DNA from: Amphiscolops sp. MND2022 | Taxonomy: Eukaryota | Direction of reading: 5' to 3' | NCBI GenBank assembly: GCA_964187785.1 | Contig: OZ076414.1 | Span: 11,346,001 to 11,410,000, forward strand | DNA length: 64,000 nucleotides | In this document: positions 46,591 to 59,037 of the stretch, piece after piece | How positions within the stretch are numbered: the first letter of the stretch is position 1 | Layout: every line of letters starts with the position of its first letter | Program-made: the position numbers and the translations under genes | The notes under the pieces: generated by a model | What the model saw: the letters and a program-made list of their open reading frames with translations, nothing else | The model's database searches: none | Told to the model about the DNA's origin: nothing

Positions 46591-47639
46591 ATCGACGATT
46601 TCACTGGTATTTCTTTAGATTCGCTGTTAGCAGCCATGTCAATCAATTGGCTTTCAAAGTCATTTGATCTTTTTTTTCTCAAAATCAGTTTTCAAAAAGA
46701 TCGAATTTGATTGGCATGCCATTTTTCAAACATATCTTTCAGTTGGCATACAAATTGTTACGTAATATGCTGTGATAATGTTGATCGGCTCTCGGCTATT
46801 ACGTAACAAAGCTGCCGAGACAAAGAAAAGTATCTCCATTATATATAGGATTTAAGGAGATTTACATTTATGGAAACTGAACGTGTTGCTAAAAGTTTGT
46901 AGTTCTTTAAGGGCTTGAAGCAACTTCGAAGTTACTGTCTGGAGATTGAAATCTGCTACACGAACCAACAAAGATTGACTCCCAAACTTGTTGATGTCTG
47001 TTATCAACAATTGCAAACATTGCCTAATCGAACGAGTATTTGACCGGAAGATTTTGCCACGGAAATTCAGGCGAAAGCATGATCTCGAGTCAATAAATTT
47101 AAGCCAACAAAAACGTTCAAAATTTTGTAAAAATTTGTTCTTGTTTGGTTTTCTGGTTTATTCGATGCGCTTTTTATTTTTTTAGACGCGTCTTTTATAG
47201 CGCGTTCTTCAAAAAACTATCAGTGCCCAAAACTGCAAACGGGGAACCCTTCAGACTTGAATGTTTTCCTAACTAGAACTCAGAAAACAAAGGAACAAAT
47301 GAAATTTTTTGAAGTTATGTTGCCTATTTTGGTCATGCAAAAAATTCTTGGACCTGTTACTGGAATTGACCCCACTTTATGACGCAAGCTAACCACTATG
47401 CAAAGTAACCAGTGTGACACTCACATCCGAAGAGTGTTCAGAAGGCTAAAGGACAAACCAGTCACTATATAGCCATCATTGAGTCCAACTTTAAAGGGCG
47501 TCGACTAAAACTGACCGTTATTCAATTTGTTGCACTGAAGACGGGAACTATGATGACTATCGATTTTTGGCTGCAGGTGTTTTGTCAAATTCTTGTCAAA
47601 ATGACATCAACGCTTATTTTTGTGGACTAGAGCCCATGG

Positions 47640-47979
47640 TCATCCCTGAATTATAACGGCTACGGTTTCTACAGAAGAGAAACTCAAAAGGGTGAAGAAA
47701 GCGACTTTCGCTCTGAATAAGGTGACCCGGTTGTAGAACCAGAAAGGAGAATAAAGTGCAATGAAACGGAGAATCACAATTGCTAAGTTAGAAAGGACTA
47801 CTAGTCGGAAAACAAAAACGTTGATGGCCACAAAAATACATTGTTCTATGTCGGGTGCTTTCCATCGAAGCGTTGATCGGATGAAGTAAACAGAAGAGTA
47901 GATAAAAGCTTGGAAACAATAAATAATATCCATCCAAATAGAAGTGAGATAGAGAAAACGGGCTCCCATGCATCGGTTC
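47640..47979 (-). CDS. Class A GPCR, TM2-TM4 exon
   Basis: RFLYLTSIWMDII (TM2), EQC (TM3 Cys), LRFIALYSPFWFY (DRY-region equivalent), TM4. The acceptor at 47980 is in phase with the previous exon; the donor is uncertain. Confidence 0.7.
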
Positions 47980-48009
47980 CTATCGCAAAGGATTCGACTT
48001 GGTTGCATA

Positions 48010-48620
48010 CTAGGTGAACCAAAAAAACGGATTTTCGTTTTTTGTGCTCAAAAATTTTTGTGCTCTCAAAATGTCAAATATTTGTCAAAACGTTTCACAA
48101 CTTTGAACGCTGAAATTCAGCTTGCCAATTTTTCAATTTGACATTGCTTTCACACATTCGAGTGTCAAACTTTCACACATCAGAAGTGCATACAAAGACT
48201 GGTAAAGATGTCAAGAATTTCACTGAGGGTTCAAATCATATTGGAAGATTGTTACGTAATGAAAGGTCCGATTTGAAAGATTGACTGGACAATTTTATGA
48301 CTTGTTTACAAATATTACAATTTTAAGAGCAACATTTCTGTGCGTTCATTGTTGTACTTCATTTGCCTTCAACAAAGCACTCATTGTTCGAAAATTGTAT
48401 CTGTGCCGATTTTCTCAAATATTATGTTATACAAGCTACTCTACTAGGTGAACCAAAAACGTACCGCACTAAAATTTGCGCCGTCAAAAAACGTATTTTT
48501 GTAAACGGGTCAATGATAATCTTTCAATTTCTCTGGATAGTCATTTCTATATTCAGAAAAATATGATGAAATTTTTATAGAATTGCATTTAGACATGTTT
48601 TGAAACACTAACGTCAAGTA
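48010..48620. mobile_element. Two partial copies of the CTAGGTGAACC MITE family
   Basis: TA|CTAGGTGAACCAAAAA at 48010 and 48444; 48050-48340 is an inverted homologue of 50340-50680. Confidence 0.7.
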
Positions 48621-48658
48621 CTTACGATCAATTTTGACAACCACGTCTAGCCGTTCAC

Positions 48659-49176
48659 CTAATAAGTTTTTGGTCCTGTAAATGAATTACGTTGCAAATA
48701 AAAGCCACGGCCAACAGAATAGAACATGCGAGATGAGGCCAAGAAACGGTGGAAAAGTCTCGAAAGGTGTAAGTCAACTTCTTGAATTTACCATCCTGTT
48801 CATAACTAGGGGTGCCAGTTAAAAAGACATTGGATGCTATAGTAAAATTGCTATCTGCGCCAGATAACTTCACACAAAAGTCCCTAATTTCTTCGTTTCT
48901 TAGATACGCCAAAGTCTCTTGGGCCATATGGCAGTACATCTCTGGGTCCATTTCTCGTAACTCCAAAGGCGGCTCCTTCATATATTCAACTCTGGGTTTC
49001 GCCTCAGACACAGAATCCTCCGGCGGTGGATTAAGCCAATAGTTTTCATCCACGTCAGACTTGTGAACAAAGTAGTGATCAGAAATGAGGTCCCGGAAAT
49101 AGTAGTTAAGAACCACAACCCCCCCCCCCCAAGAAGTAGTTACAAAGTCGAAAAAAGTCTTATTGATCAGAACCAC
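48659..49176 (-). CDS. Class A GPCR, N-terminal ectodomain and TM1 exon
   Basis: 173-aa frame ending WPHLACSILLAVAFICNVIHLQDQKLI with donor ag|gtgaac in phase 2. The start is uncertain and lies near a long G homopolymer. Confidence 0.62.
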
Positions 49177-49981
49177 AATAAGTCAACAAATATGCAAGGG
49201 GCAAAAAAGTTCTTTTATTTTCTGTTAAAAATTACTCAAGATTAATGTTTTGGCAAAAAATCTGAAACCCAGAGCTACAAGAATATGCCTTTCAGTGATA
49301 TTCGAAATCAGCTGAGATTAAATCTTTTAAAATTGATCAAAATTGGTTGAATTTACCACCATGATTGAATAATTACTGGATTGCTAAAAATACAAAACCA
49401 ATGAACTCGAACTTTAAGGAATCTTCGTATCTGAAAAAACTTTCAAAATAGAAAATTCATGTACTTTTTGCATGAAAACGAAAAGTGTACTAGAAAACGT
49501 CTACATTTACTTTTACAAGCTACGGTATTGTTGGGTGACCGCATTTCTGAACAGTACCCAAGAGGGTGTTTCGAAAGGAAAGAACATGAGTAAAAATATC
49601 ATCGTTTCGACTAAAATTTGTCAAATTCTGCGATAAAAGAAATCGATCTTTAACAACTGCGTTGTAAAGATCGCCTGTGTTAAAATGCCAATGACGTAAT
49701 AAAAAGGGGCTTAACTTTGGAGCATCAACAGGTACCGTTGCTCAAATACCGGGTAAAACTAATCAAAGCTCGAATGTTCCTTTTAGTTGTTGATAAAAAA
49801 GGAACGCATAGAAATATTTGAGCTCTCAAAGTTTCAAATATTTGTCAACAAAGGTTTCAAAACAACCCTGAACATTGCAAATCGAAATCTCAGTCATTCA
49901 ATTTGACAACTTTTCTTCGAAGCCAAGAAACTTTCACATATCAGAAGTGTGAAGGAAATGGCTGGTAAAAAAATTCTACTA

Positions 49982-50992
49982 CTAGGTGAACCAAAAAAAC
50001 GGAACGTGCAAATTTTTGCGTCTTCAAAATCGTATTATTTGTAAACAAGGCACTGAGAATCTCTCAATTTTATCTATCAATTATTTTGATTGAAGCTCAT
50101 ATTACGTAATCACATCTCCAACCAAACATGGTTTGAACCATCAAAAATAGTCTAGACGTCTATACCAGTCATTTCGTTCTTACTTTCAATGTGCGAAAGC
50201 ATTTTCGCTTCTAAGAAATGTACCATATTTGAATGATTGACAGGAGCTTCGAAACGTTTGTTGACAAATATTTGGAACTTTGAGAGCTCAAAAAATTTTG
50301 TACGTTCCGTTTTTTTTGGTTCACCTAGTAGGTGAACCAAAAAAACGGAATTCACAAAAAATTTCGCTCTTCAAAATTGTAATATTTGTAAACAAAGCTC
50401 AGAAAATTGTCCAGTCAATCTTTCAAATCGGAGCTCTCTTTACGTAATCAAGTTTCCCAAAAAAAGATGATTTGAACCCTCAGTGAAATTTTAGACATCT
50501 TTACCAGCCACTTTGTTTGCACGGCTGATGTGTGAAAGTTCTTTGACAGTCGAATGTGTGAAAGCAATGTTGTGAAATTGAATGATTGACAAGCTGTATT
50601 TCAGCGTTCAAAGTTGCTGTGAAACATTTTGTTGACAGATATTTGACACTTTCAGAGCACAAAAATTTTCTATCAAAAATTAAAATACATGTATTTGTCA
50701 GCAAAATTTTCACAACATCTTTGAACTATGCTGTCAATCATCCAAGTTGGCAACTTTCCTTCGAAGCGAAAGAACTTTCACGCATTAAAAGTGAGAGCGA
50801 AATGACTGGTCAAGACGTCTAGATTTTTTATGATGGTTCGAATCATCCTTAGTTGAAGATGCGATTACGTAACAGGAGCTTCATTCTAAATGACTGTCAG
50901 AAAAATTGAAAGATTCTCAGTCTCTTGTTTACAAATAATACGATTTTGAAGACGCAAATTTTTCTGCGTTCCGTTTTTTGTGGTTCACCTAG
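49982..50992. mobile_element. Two abutting MITEs (49982-50328 and ~50331-50992), TIR CTAGGTGAACCAAAAAAACGGA, TA TSD
   Basis: Left ends at 49982 and ~50331, right ends (ccgtttttt..ggttcacctag|ta) at 50328 and 50992; long imperfect subterminal inverted repeats. Confidence 0.8.
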
Positions 50993-53255
50993 TAAAAAAT
51001 TCTAGACTTTTTCTGAAGGTTCGGATCATTCTTTCTTGAAGATTTGATCACGTAATGAGAGAATGATTGACAGAGACAATGAAAGATTGTTAGTGTCTTG
51101 TTTACAAATATTAAAATTTTGAAGAGTCAATATTTTGTGCGTTCCCGTTTTTAATAAGCAAATAAATCTATTGTTTCTAGGCTCCAATTCCCATTGAAGG
51201 GTTTTTTAACATTACTTAATACCTTAGTTGAATATATTGAGAAAAAAATTACGATTGACACAACCTTGAAAACAGAACTTCAATCTTGAAACATTGAAAG
51301 TTCATCAGGAAACATGAAGCCCATTTCTACAAAAAATAAGGCAAACACCGTCGAAGTAGTCGGAAAACTGCGAACAATTCTCTGACTGCCGAAACTCATA
51401 TCAGACAAAAATGAATAATAGAAAAGGACTTGATGCTTGAGCGTTTCTTGGTCAGCAAAATTTTAAAATCCAGTTGGAAATGCTGAAAAGTTTTTCGTTT
51501 GAAAAGCTTGCCAACAACTCTTGCCATGATTTCATAAGTCTTTTGCACGCACTTCCAGTCATTTGTAAGGTGCTGAAAAATTGGTACTATGTTAGTTGAT
51601 GTAAATTAGTCAGTCAATGTAGTTTGACTTCTACTTGTCATTTTTATGTAGAAAAGTAAAATCTTCGGTAATTTGAATTCTTCGAAGAAAAGGTTTTTAG
51701 GTTTCAGTGAGGTTTAGAACAATGAGTAGAACAGCTAGATTGACTGACTAATTTACATCAACTAACATATTACCACTTTTTCAGCACCATTGAATCTCAC
51801 CTAAAAACTCGTAGGTATCATAAAAATTGGGTTTGTCCACTAAAACACTTTAACAAACAAAATCATTTCAGTCCCGCGTCATATAATCAGGTATCAAAGT
51901 TCCTAGATGCGTCGCCCTTCCGTAGCATTTGTTGATATCATTCATGTTCATGGTAATGCATTTCCTGCTTGGACTTGAGGTTGCGGCAAAATAAAAATCT
52001 GCTCAATATTTTCATCAATGAATCGCGCCGGCGTGATCAATTAGTCAACTCAATTGGTAAAAAGGAACAAACGATGCTTGAAAAAACTTTAAAGATCAAC
52101 TGCATGAATTGCCTAGTAATGGCAGGTTACACTACATAGAAACATTCCAAACACAAATTAGGCCTTAACGAGGCCTTAACAAAAAGTTAACAGTGATTCA
52201 GGCAATTACAAATATGAAGATATGAAGAAACGTTGTTTTCGTGACACACGATTGGGAGTGATGTAAACGCTATTGGACGATAACTGGAAGAAATTAGTTC
52301 GAGTACAAACATAGGATTAGCACTGACATTTTATTGTTGAATCAAAAAATGATCAGTATCAACTATACAAAACATGATATAACGTTGATCTTACGTTACA
52401 CCTTGATCCTACTACTAGATTTGCAATACATTGGCATAGCGAAGCAAACAGATTCATTCTCTGAAAAAGTGTTGAGTTTGACGTGATGTCAACATGACCT
52501 CATGTCTAACATAATAACACAAATTCACAGCATCATGGTTATGGGCATAGTTTCACATTTCTTTCTTACAGTACAGTTTTTGGTTTATGAAATACCGTAG
52601 CTTAAAACCTCGTTCCGTAGCTTACAAATTTACAATGGCTCCATAGTGTCAACGTACGTATTGAGATTACCTATGGCTAGGCAGCGGTTGACGAAGGGAC
52701 TCCGGAAGGCAGAGACGTCCATTCTTGTTCTCACCAGTTAGTGACTTCACAAAAATCATTCTTATTGGACTGAGCATAAATAACTCAACCAAGAAGCGAC
52801 GCTATAGAACGTAAAAAAATAAACATCAGATACTATCTCAACTGAATGACGCTGTCATGACGTTGTAACTACTCCCTTTAACTGCTTGACTGTAATTTAA
52901 GTGAATTGTGACAACTACTTCAGTACTGAAAAACAAACCACTGTACTTTCTGTAAGTTTGTTTCATTTTAGATCGTGTGAGCTTCGTTGGGATCGCGGAA
53001 TTTAGTATTAGTTTAAGGTTTCATTTCAGGGTGAAAAAAAAGTTTATTACTTTTCCTAAATTTTGTTTCTTTTTGGCTATTTAGATTGGTATGTTAATCT
53101 CAAAACCGGAAGTAGAAAATGATCACGCGGAAGATGTTAGGCCGGAAGGCTAGATCAAAAATAATTTTGTGAAAGGTTACGTTGTCCTTACGTTAACTTT
53201 TATTAACCCGGAAAAAGTCCTTGCCATTTATATAGCTGTACTGTAACACCGGTGC

Positions 53256-53817
53256 GGGTAGTGACACCACATACTCCTTCTTTCGGACCTCGGAAAACTC
53301 GAGTTAACCTCCGTGCCAAATGGCAGTTACTATGCCTCTATGCCAGTTAGAAGGTACTAAAGTATAGCTTATAAAATGTGCCTATAGAAATGTGACTATT
53401 CGCTGGTCCAAAGAAAAGTCATTGCTATGGTCGATTCTTTGCCTCTAAAAGCGCGACCAAAATGTTCACAGTGAAACATTAGTGGCTGCTTTTTTTTACT
53501 TATGAAAGTCATTTCAGCAAATTCCTCAGGCATTTCTTCGCCTAATGGTTAGAGCATCGGCTTGGAAAGCCGAAGAACGCTAGTTCAAAACCCAATTAGG
53601 GCCAATTTTTAGTCAGAGCTCACGATGTAAAAAGCCGACTATAGCAGGTGCTTTTTTAGGAGAACTGAAGTGACAGATTTAATTAGTCTATACAAGTAAT
53701 TTTCTATACTAATTTTCTATACTCTCGCTGCCACTTGACCTAAAGGTTAACTCGGATTTGTGTATTGAGAGGACTGAGAAACAGCAGGAGTACGTGGATT
53801 CGAGTCACTCACAACCC
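53256..53817. mobile_element. Element with ~70-90-bp degenerate inverted ends enclosing a tRNA-like sequence
   Basis: 53256-53326 (gggtagtgac..tactcct..cgagttaacct..tggcag) matches the reverse complement of 53728-53817. Confidence 0.5.
53537..53606 (+). ncRNA. tRNA-like (SINE-head-like) sequence
   Basis: A-box-like gcctaatggttagagc, perfect 5-bp stem tcggc-ttggaaa-gccga, B-box-like gttcaaaac, followed by a T run. Confidence 0.5.
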
Positions 53818-53819
53818 AA

Positions 53820-55110
53820 TTTTTTTCATGTTTGCAAAAATAGAGGGAGAGCAAAACGTTTTCTGTGGTTTTTGGTGTCAATTTGAGACATTTTCACTTA
53901 AAAAACTGCGATGACCCCTACTGGACAACACATTCTTTCCTCGTTGACCCTTTTCAACTCTGCAATGTACAAAGTCTGTCGGCATTTTGGAAAAAAAGTG
54001 CATAAAATCTTGGAAACGTGGCAAACTTTGAGGTTTTTGTCGTTTTCGGTGTCAATTCGACACATTTTCGTTCAGAACATTGCTACTATCTCTTCATAAA
54101 AGACTACTGGACAACCAACCCTTTCTTTGTTTACTCTTTAACACTTTCCAATCCACATAGTCTGTCAAAACAATTACAAAAATGCATAAAATTTCTAAAA
54201 ATCGGAATGTTTGGGTTTTTTGTCTTTGCGGTGTCAATTTGAATTATTTTCACTGAGAAAGCTGCAATAAACTATTCGAAAAAACCTAGTGGACAACAGA
54301 TTCTTTGCGCTTTGACCCTTTCAACGTTCCAACCAACAAAGTTTGTCGGAAATTTGGAAAAAATGCATAAATCTTTATAAATTGGACAACTTTGGGCTTT
54401 TTGTCATTTTCGGTATTAATTTCAGACATTTTCTATTAGAAAAATGCACTTATCTCTGCATAAAAGCCTACTGGACAACCGAACATTTCAGTGTTGACTC
54501 TTTAAAACATTCCAATGCACGAATTCTGTCCAAACTTTGACAAAAATGCATGAAAACTTTGGAAAATGGAAATTTTTTGGTTTTTTTGTCGTTTCCGGTG
54601 TCGATGTGATAATATTTTCATTTAGAAAAAGGCAATAAACTCTTCAGAAAAGAATACTGGACAACCAATGCTTTCCTTGTTGACACTTTAAAACAGTCCA
54701 ATCTACGGAGTCTTTCAAAAACTTGACAAAAATTGCGTAAAAACTTTGGAAAATAGAAAACTTTGTGATTTTTGTCGTTATCGGTGTCGATTTGAGATTT
54801 TTTCATTTGGAAAACGGCAATTATCTCTTCGGCAAGGCCTACTGGACAACGAATTCTTGCCTTGGTGAACCTTCTTAACTTTCTAATCCACGACATCTAT
54901 CGAAAACTTTACAAAAATTGCATTGAAACGTGAAAAATTGGAAATTTTTAAAAGTTTTCTAATTTTGGGGGTCATTTTCGGGTCATTCTGGGGTCCTTGG
55001 GGTGAACTAAAAAAATCCAGAAATCTCCGCATATACATATCGCACGAAGCTAAATTTATGTGAGTTGAATTCTCTGAGCAACACCCTTAAAGTTAAATAT
55101 AAATTTGGTG
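53820..55110. repeat. Interspersed repeat with ~180-bp internal tandem units (ctactggacaac motif)
   Basis: Motif recurs at ~53919, 54106, 54288, 54470, 54656 and 54840; homologous to 2940-3600. Confidence 0.7.
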
Positions 55111-56839
55111 CTTTTCAAATTTTTTTTTAAAAAAAACCGTTTGATTTAAATATTTTCCTTTCCCATACGAAATATGGGCGGAAAATAAAAACGTTTTTGG
55201 CTTCAAAGTTCTTCCACTTAGAACCACTTATAGACCAACGGTTACCACCGGCGAGAAAAGTATTAAAAGGCTCAACTTCGTTCCCACCCGTGGCCAATGG
55301 TGGCCCTTGGGCGGCCACCAGTGGTTTGCGCTGGCGTGTCAGTACAGGCAAGTGTGACATGTAAACTAGCACAGAAAACTTATATATCAAATGATTGAAA
55401 TAATGTCAATACTGAGCACAGATCGTGCAGATAAAAGCCCGCCATATCGGAAAAATCTCTGTCAAAGGAAGTTTCAGATTTTTTGTTACTGGTTTAAAGT
55501 TGCTTTTGCCTCATTTAAATACGAGTTAGGATTTCTTGACCTACCGTGAACAAGCCAATTGAATAGTTTAAAGATATTTTTCTGTGACTTTTTTTAGTGA
55601 AAATATGATTGTTCAGACAGTATATGAAAGTGCTATTGTTTTTTGAAAATTAGTTTCGTTTGCTGGTTATTTTGCGTTATCTCAATTCTCAGTTTAGCAG
55701 AAGAATTTCATGAAACGCTTTTCCTCCACAAATTCTACCATATCTTCACTTCAATACTTTAATTTCACTTTCTATAACTTCGGTCGGAGGTTAAAGTGGC
55801 TCTTCAGGTCTCAGAGAAGCAGGTGTAAGCGAGTCCCGCGCCAAACTGAAATAGGCCATGCTTGCAAAGGTAGAGGAAAACGATCGCCAATTCGGTTCCT
55901 TTTGGGCCACTATGAAATGTTTTTTTGATTCTTTATATCAAAGCCTCCTTTGTTTTTAGCGTTTTGCGAGCATGGAGGTCCTCCTTAGGTTCTTACTTTT
56001 TGGTTTTTAAAGTTTTCTGGTTAGGAGAACCGATTTCAGAGTCTTAAAAAGGACCTTTTAGGAATCGATGAGTTTTCTCAATAATTGTGAATGACTTTTT
56101 TCAGCTCTGTGAGAGTATGGAGTTCCGGCTTTGTATGGAGTTTGTTTTCTGCACTGCTTTGTTTCTGATGTTTCAAGTTTGTAAAACGCGTGTTTAGAGC
56201 CTTCAGCGTCACACCTTTGAGTAATTCCAGCACTTTGCAACTTTCTTCGCACCAAAATGTTGAAAAAAATTACAAAATTATTTCTTTTTGTGATATTTCC
56301 AGTTGGGAAAAAGTATTTAATTCGGCCTGTAAGGCCAGCTAATGATTTTTTCTGTTGTAACAAAATAAGAAACAGATAACCGTGCCATTTCAAATCTTGT
56401 TTTATAAAGAGTCAGTTGGATATTGCCAATTTCGATAAAATTGCAGCTTTATAATTCAAACTTTTGACAAGTTTCAGTGCCACAAAAAGTAAGTGATACA
56501 AAAAGCGTCCTAAGAGTGTTTTTTGGTCCTACACGTGTTTTCAATGTGTTTTCACTGCTAAATTCTTTTAATACCAGAAGAAAATAATTTTCTCAGTGAA
56601 GTAAGTCGGTATCCTAATTACAAATATAACAAGCATGGGACCAATTTCCCGGAAATTCGACTATTTTTGTTGCCAAGGGGCCAACTCATAAACAAGAAAC
56701 TGTTTTCTATTCATAATTTTTTTCAATTCCAAAAATTGTAAATTATATAATTTGCTCATTGATTAGCTAGTTATTGAATTATTGAAGATAGGTTTATTAG
56801 TTTCAACACCAAAATAAATTATTAACTAGTTTAATCACT

Positions 56840-57226
56840 TTAAAAAACGCGAGTGGATTTTCCCAGTGCAACCCCGGTAGAGATAAAACTAATGAATATG
56901 AACACCCATAGGAAAGTTCTGTCTAAAATCCTTGAAATTTCTCTCCATTCTTTTTGTCTCAAATTCGTCTCGTGCTCCTCTTTGGCTTTGGTTATTAAAT
57001 ACTTAACTTGTTTATCAATATCATCCAGGTACATCATAATGCATTGTGAGTTAGTGTAGCTTTCATTGAGCTTAGATTCCTGTAGATCTTCGTTATTAGC
57101 CGCGGCCATAGTGAACATTTCTCCGCACTTTTCCTCGCCCAGCGAAGGGGGCAGACCCACAAAATTAGAAGCCGCAGTGCCTGCCTGACAGTGTCGGCCG
57201 GGGGATACAGGCACGTGATAGGGACT
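56840..57226 (-). CDS. Cys-loop ligand-gated ion channel (nAChR/5-HT3-like), last exon: MA helix and TM4
   Basis: YLDDIDKQVKYL...KEWREISRILDRTFLWVFIFISFIST matches the cationic Cys-loop consensus EWxxxAxxLDRxFLW; acceptor taactcag, 129 codons to the stop. Confidence 0.82.
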   Translation of the reverse strand, partial: SPYHVPVSPGRHCQAGTAASNFVGLPPSLGEEKCGEMFTMAAANNEDLQESKLNESYTNSQCIMMYLDDIDKQVKYLITKAKEEHETNLRQKEWREISRILDRTFLWVFIFISFISTGVALGKSTRVF

Positions 57227-57653
57227 CTGAGTTACAAGGATGAGACAGTAGTATAGTAACTTGAAATATTCACACGCATTTAATTATATTTTTTAATTTT
57301 CCACCCACATTTAATGGGGCAGGAAAATCATACGAAGCAGACACGAGGTCGTGGGTTCGAACCCGCGCTGATGCGTTACATTTTTGGCGGAAAATATCCG
57401 CCTTGTTTTCAATACATTCAGTAACTTGAAATATTCACACGGTCCACTTGAGAAGTAGTCCACAAAAATTAGGACCAATCTTCACCGTACGTGAATTTTG
57501 AAGATTGCCAGTGATTTTTTAATATAGGATTTTTGTTTAAGCTACAGCCGAAAGCGGAAACATTATTTTTTGCGAACTTGCATTTTTTTAATTTTTCAAA
57601 AAAAATCTAAACAATTTCTACTTTTTCCGTTAGATTGAAGCATGAAAAAATAA

Positions 57654-57928
57654 CATCCCGGGTTTGTTGATCATACTCTGATCATTCAAATATGATCATA
57701 CAAATCATTCAATTTTTTTCTATGATCTTTCCATGATCAATCTGAAATCATATATGATTCAGAGTATGATCAACCTGGAACCATAAACTTCTATGGTCCA
57801 GTCTGAAACCATAAATGGTCCAGTCTGGAATCATGAATGGCCCAAAGTATGGAGATCCTAGAATCATAAACCTTCATGGTCCAGAGTATGATCAACCTGT
57901 TTTTTTTATGGGAGTCAAACCCGGGATG
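57654..57928. mobile_element. MITE-like element, TIR CATCCCGGGTTTG, internal atgatcat repeats
   Basis: 13-bp perfect inverted ends; internal motifs resemble the sequence flanking the BEL element at ~7730-7770 and ~11830-11920. Confidence 0.6.
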
Positions 57929-57992
57929 ATAAAGTATGCTTCCTGAATGATTCATCAACTTCTACCTTTTTTCCATGTTTTTTTTAAAAATC

Positions 57993-58218
57993 TCATCCCT
58001 GTTGGCGGGTACTGAGGGTGAGGGTAGAGGGAGGAGTGTGGGTCACGAAAGGTGACCCCGAATTCGAACTCTTGCGTGCCAGCAGTGTTTGACCCGAGCA
58101 GTTTGACCTCTTCTGCTGGGTCACTGGACAGGTGTGAGTCTGCTGACACGAATTACAACTCAGTTCGTTCATCTCACATAAAGCGTTCACGTGGATCTTG
58201 TACGAGTTGGACACGTTC
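57993..58218 (-). CDS. Possible M3-M4 loop exon of the Cys-loop channel
   Basis: GC-richer open frame after an acceptor ttttag (NVSNSYKIHVNALCE...); donor not identified with certainty. Confidence 0.3.
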
Positions 58219-58599
58219 TAAAAATATAAAAATATTTCTTACAAAAGTTGCATCGTTTGTACAATTTGAGGAAAATTCAAACTTTACATAAAATGGACAT
58301 TATCATAGGTAGTACTATTTTAACAGTTTGCTTTTTGGAATTGAGCTACACATATAGTACGTTCCTTCTGTGTTCTGTTTGGGCCGGACTTAACCCCATT
58401 TATGATGGACGTCAACTTTGGCCCTGGTGAGCTTCGTTCTAAAAAATGAGACAAAATTCAATTTTTTTTTGGCATTTTCTCATTAGATGAAATTGTATGA
58501 ACTTTTACATTTCTATTAAATTTTTACAACCTAATCTTTTATCATATTTTTCTGAAGCTCTTACTTGAATGTTCATGCAATCTTTTTTCTTTCACCTTT

Positions 58600-59037
58600 T
58601 GTTGCGTAGCAATATGATTGAATTAATAAAACAAACAAATAATATTCAGACAGGTTGGCCAAATACGATGAGCGCTAGATCACCGTCAAATATTTGATAA
58701 TTCTCAAAGAGTAAAATATTTTTCAAATACTATTCAATAGTTTGCTATCTCGAAACTTTATACTTAACATTGTTCGACAATATTTGTAAACAACTTTGCT
58801 CTTTTGTCAGTTTAATCATATTAAAAGGTTGCCTTATGTTGCATAGCAATTAAGGTTGTTTGCAAATAAGATTAAAATTGAACCGATCAACAATAAGTCG
58901 CTATGGCGTTGGCTTTCTAATCATAAGGTCTCGAGTTCAAACCTCTCCGTCCGCAAAATATTTAGTAATTTGAAATCGCAAAAATATATAGTAGGAAAAT
59001 TATCTTTTGGTAATCGAACTTTGCTATCTCGAAATTA
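58600..59037 (+). mobile_element. BEL-type LTR remnant with a tRNA-like cassette, interrupted by the 59038 LTR
   Basis: Starts tgttgcgtagcaat; 58720-58810 is homologous to 11605-11700; tRNA-like gcgttggctttctaatcataaggtctcgagttcaaacc at ~58906-58943. Confidence 0.55.

Noticed and set aside
52648-52870. Short solo LTR (tgtcaacgt...acgttgtaa)
   Set aside because: The terminal CA is absent and no TSD matches, so it cannot be supported.
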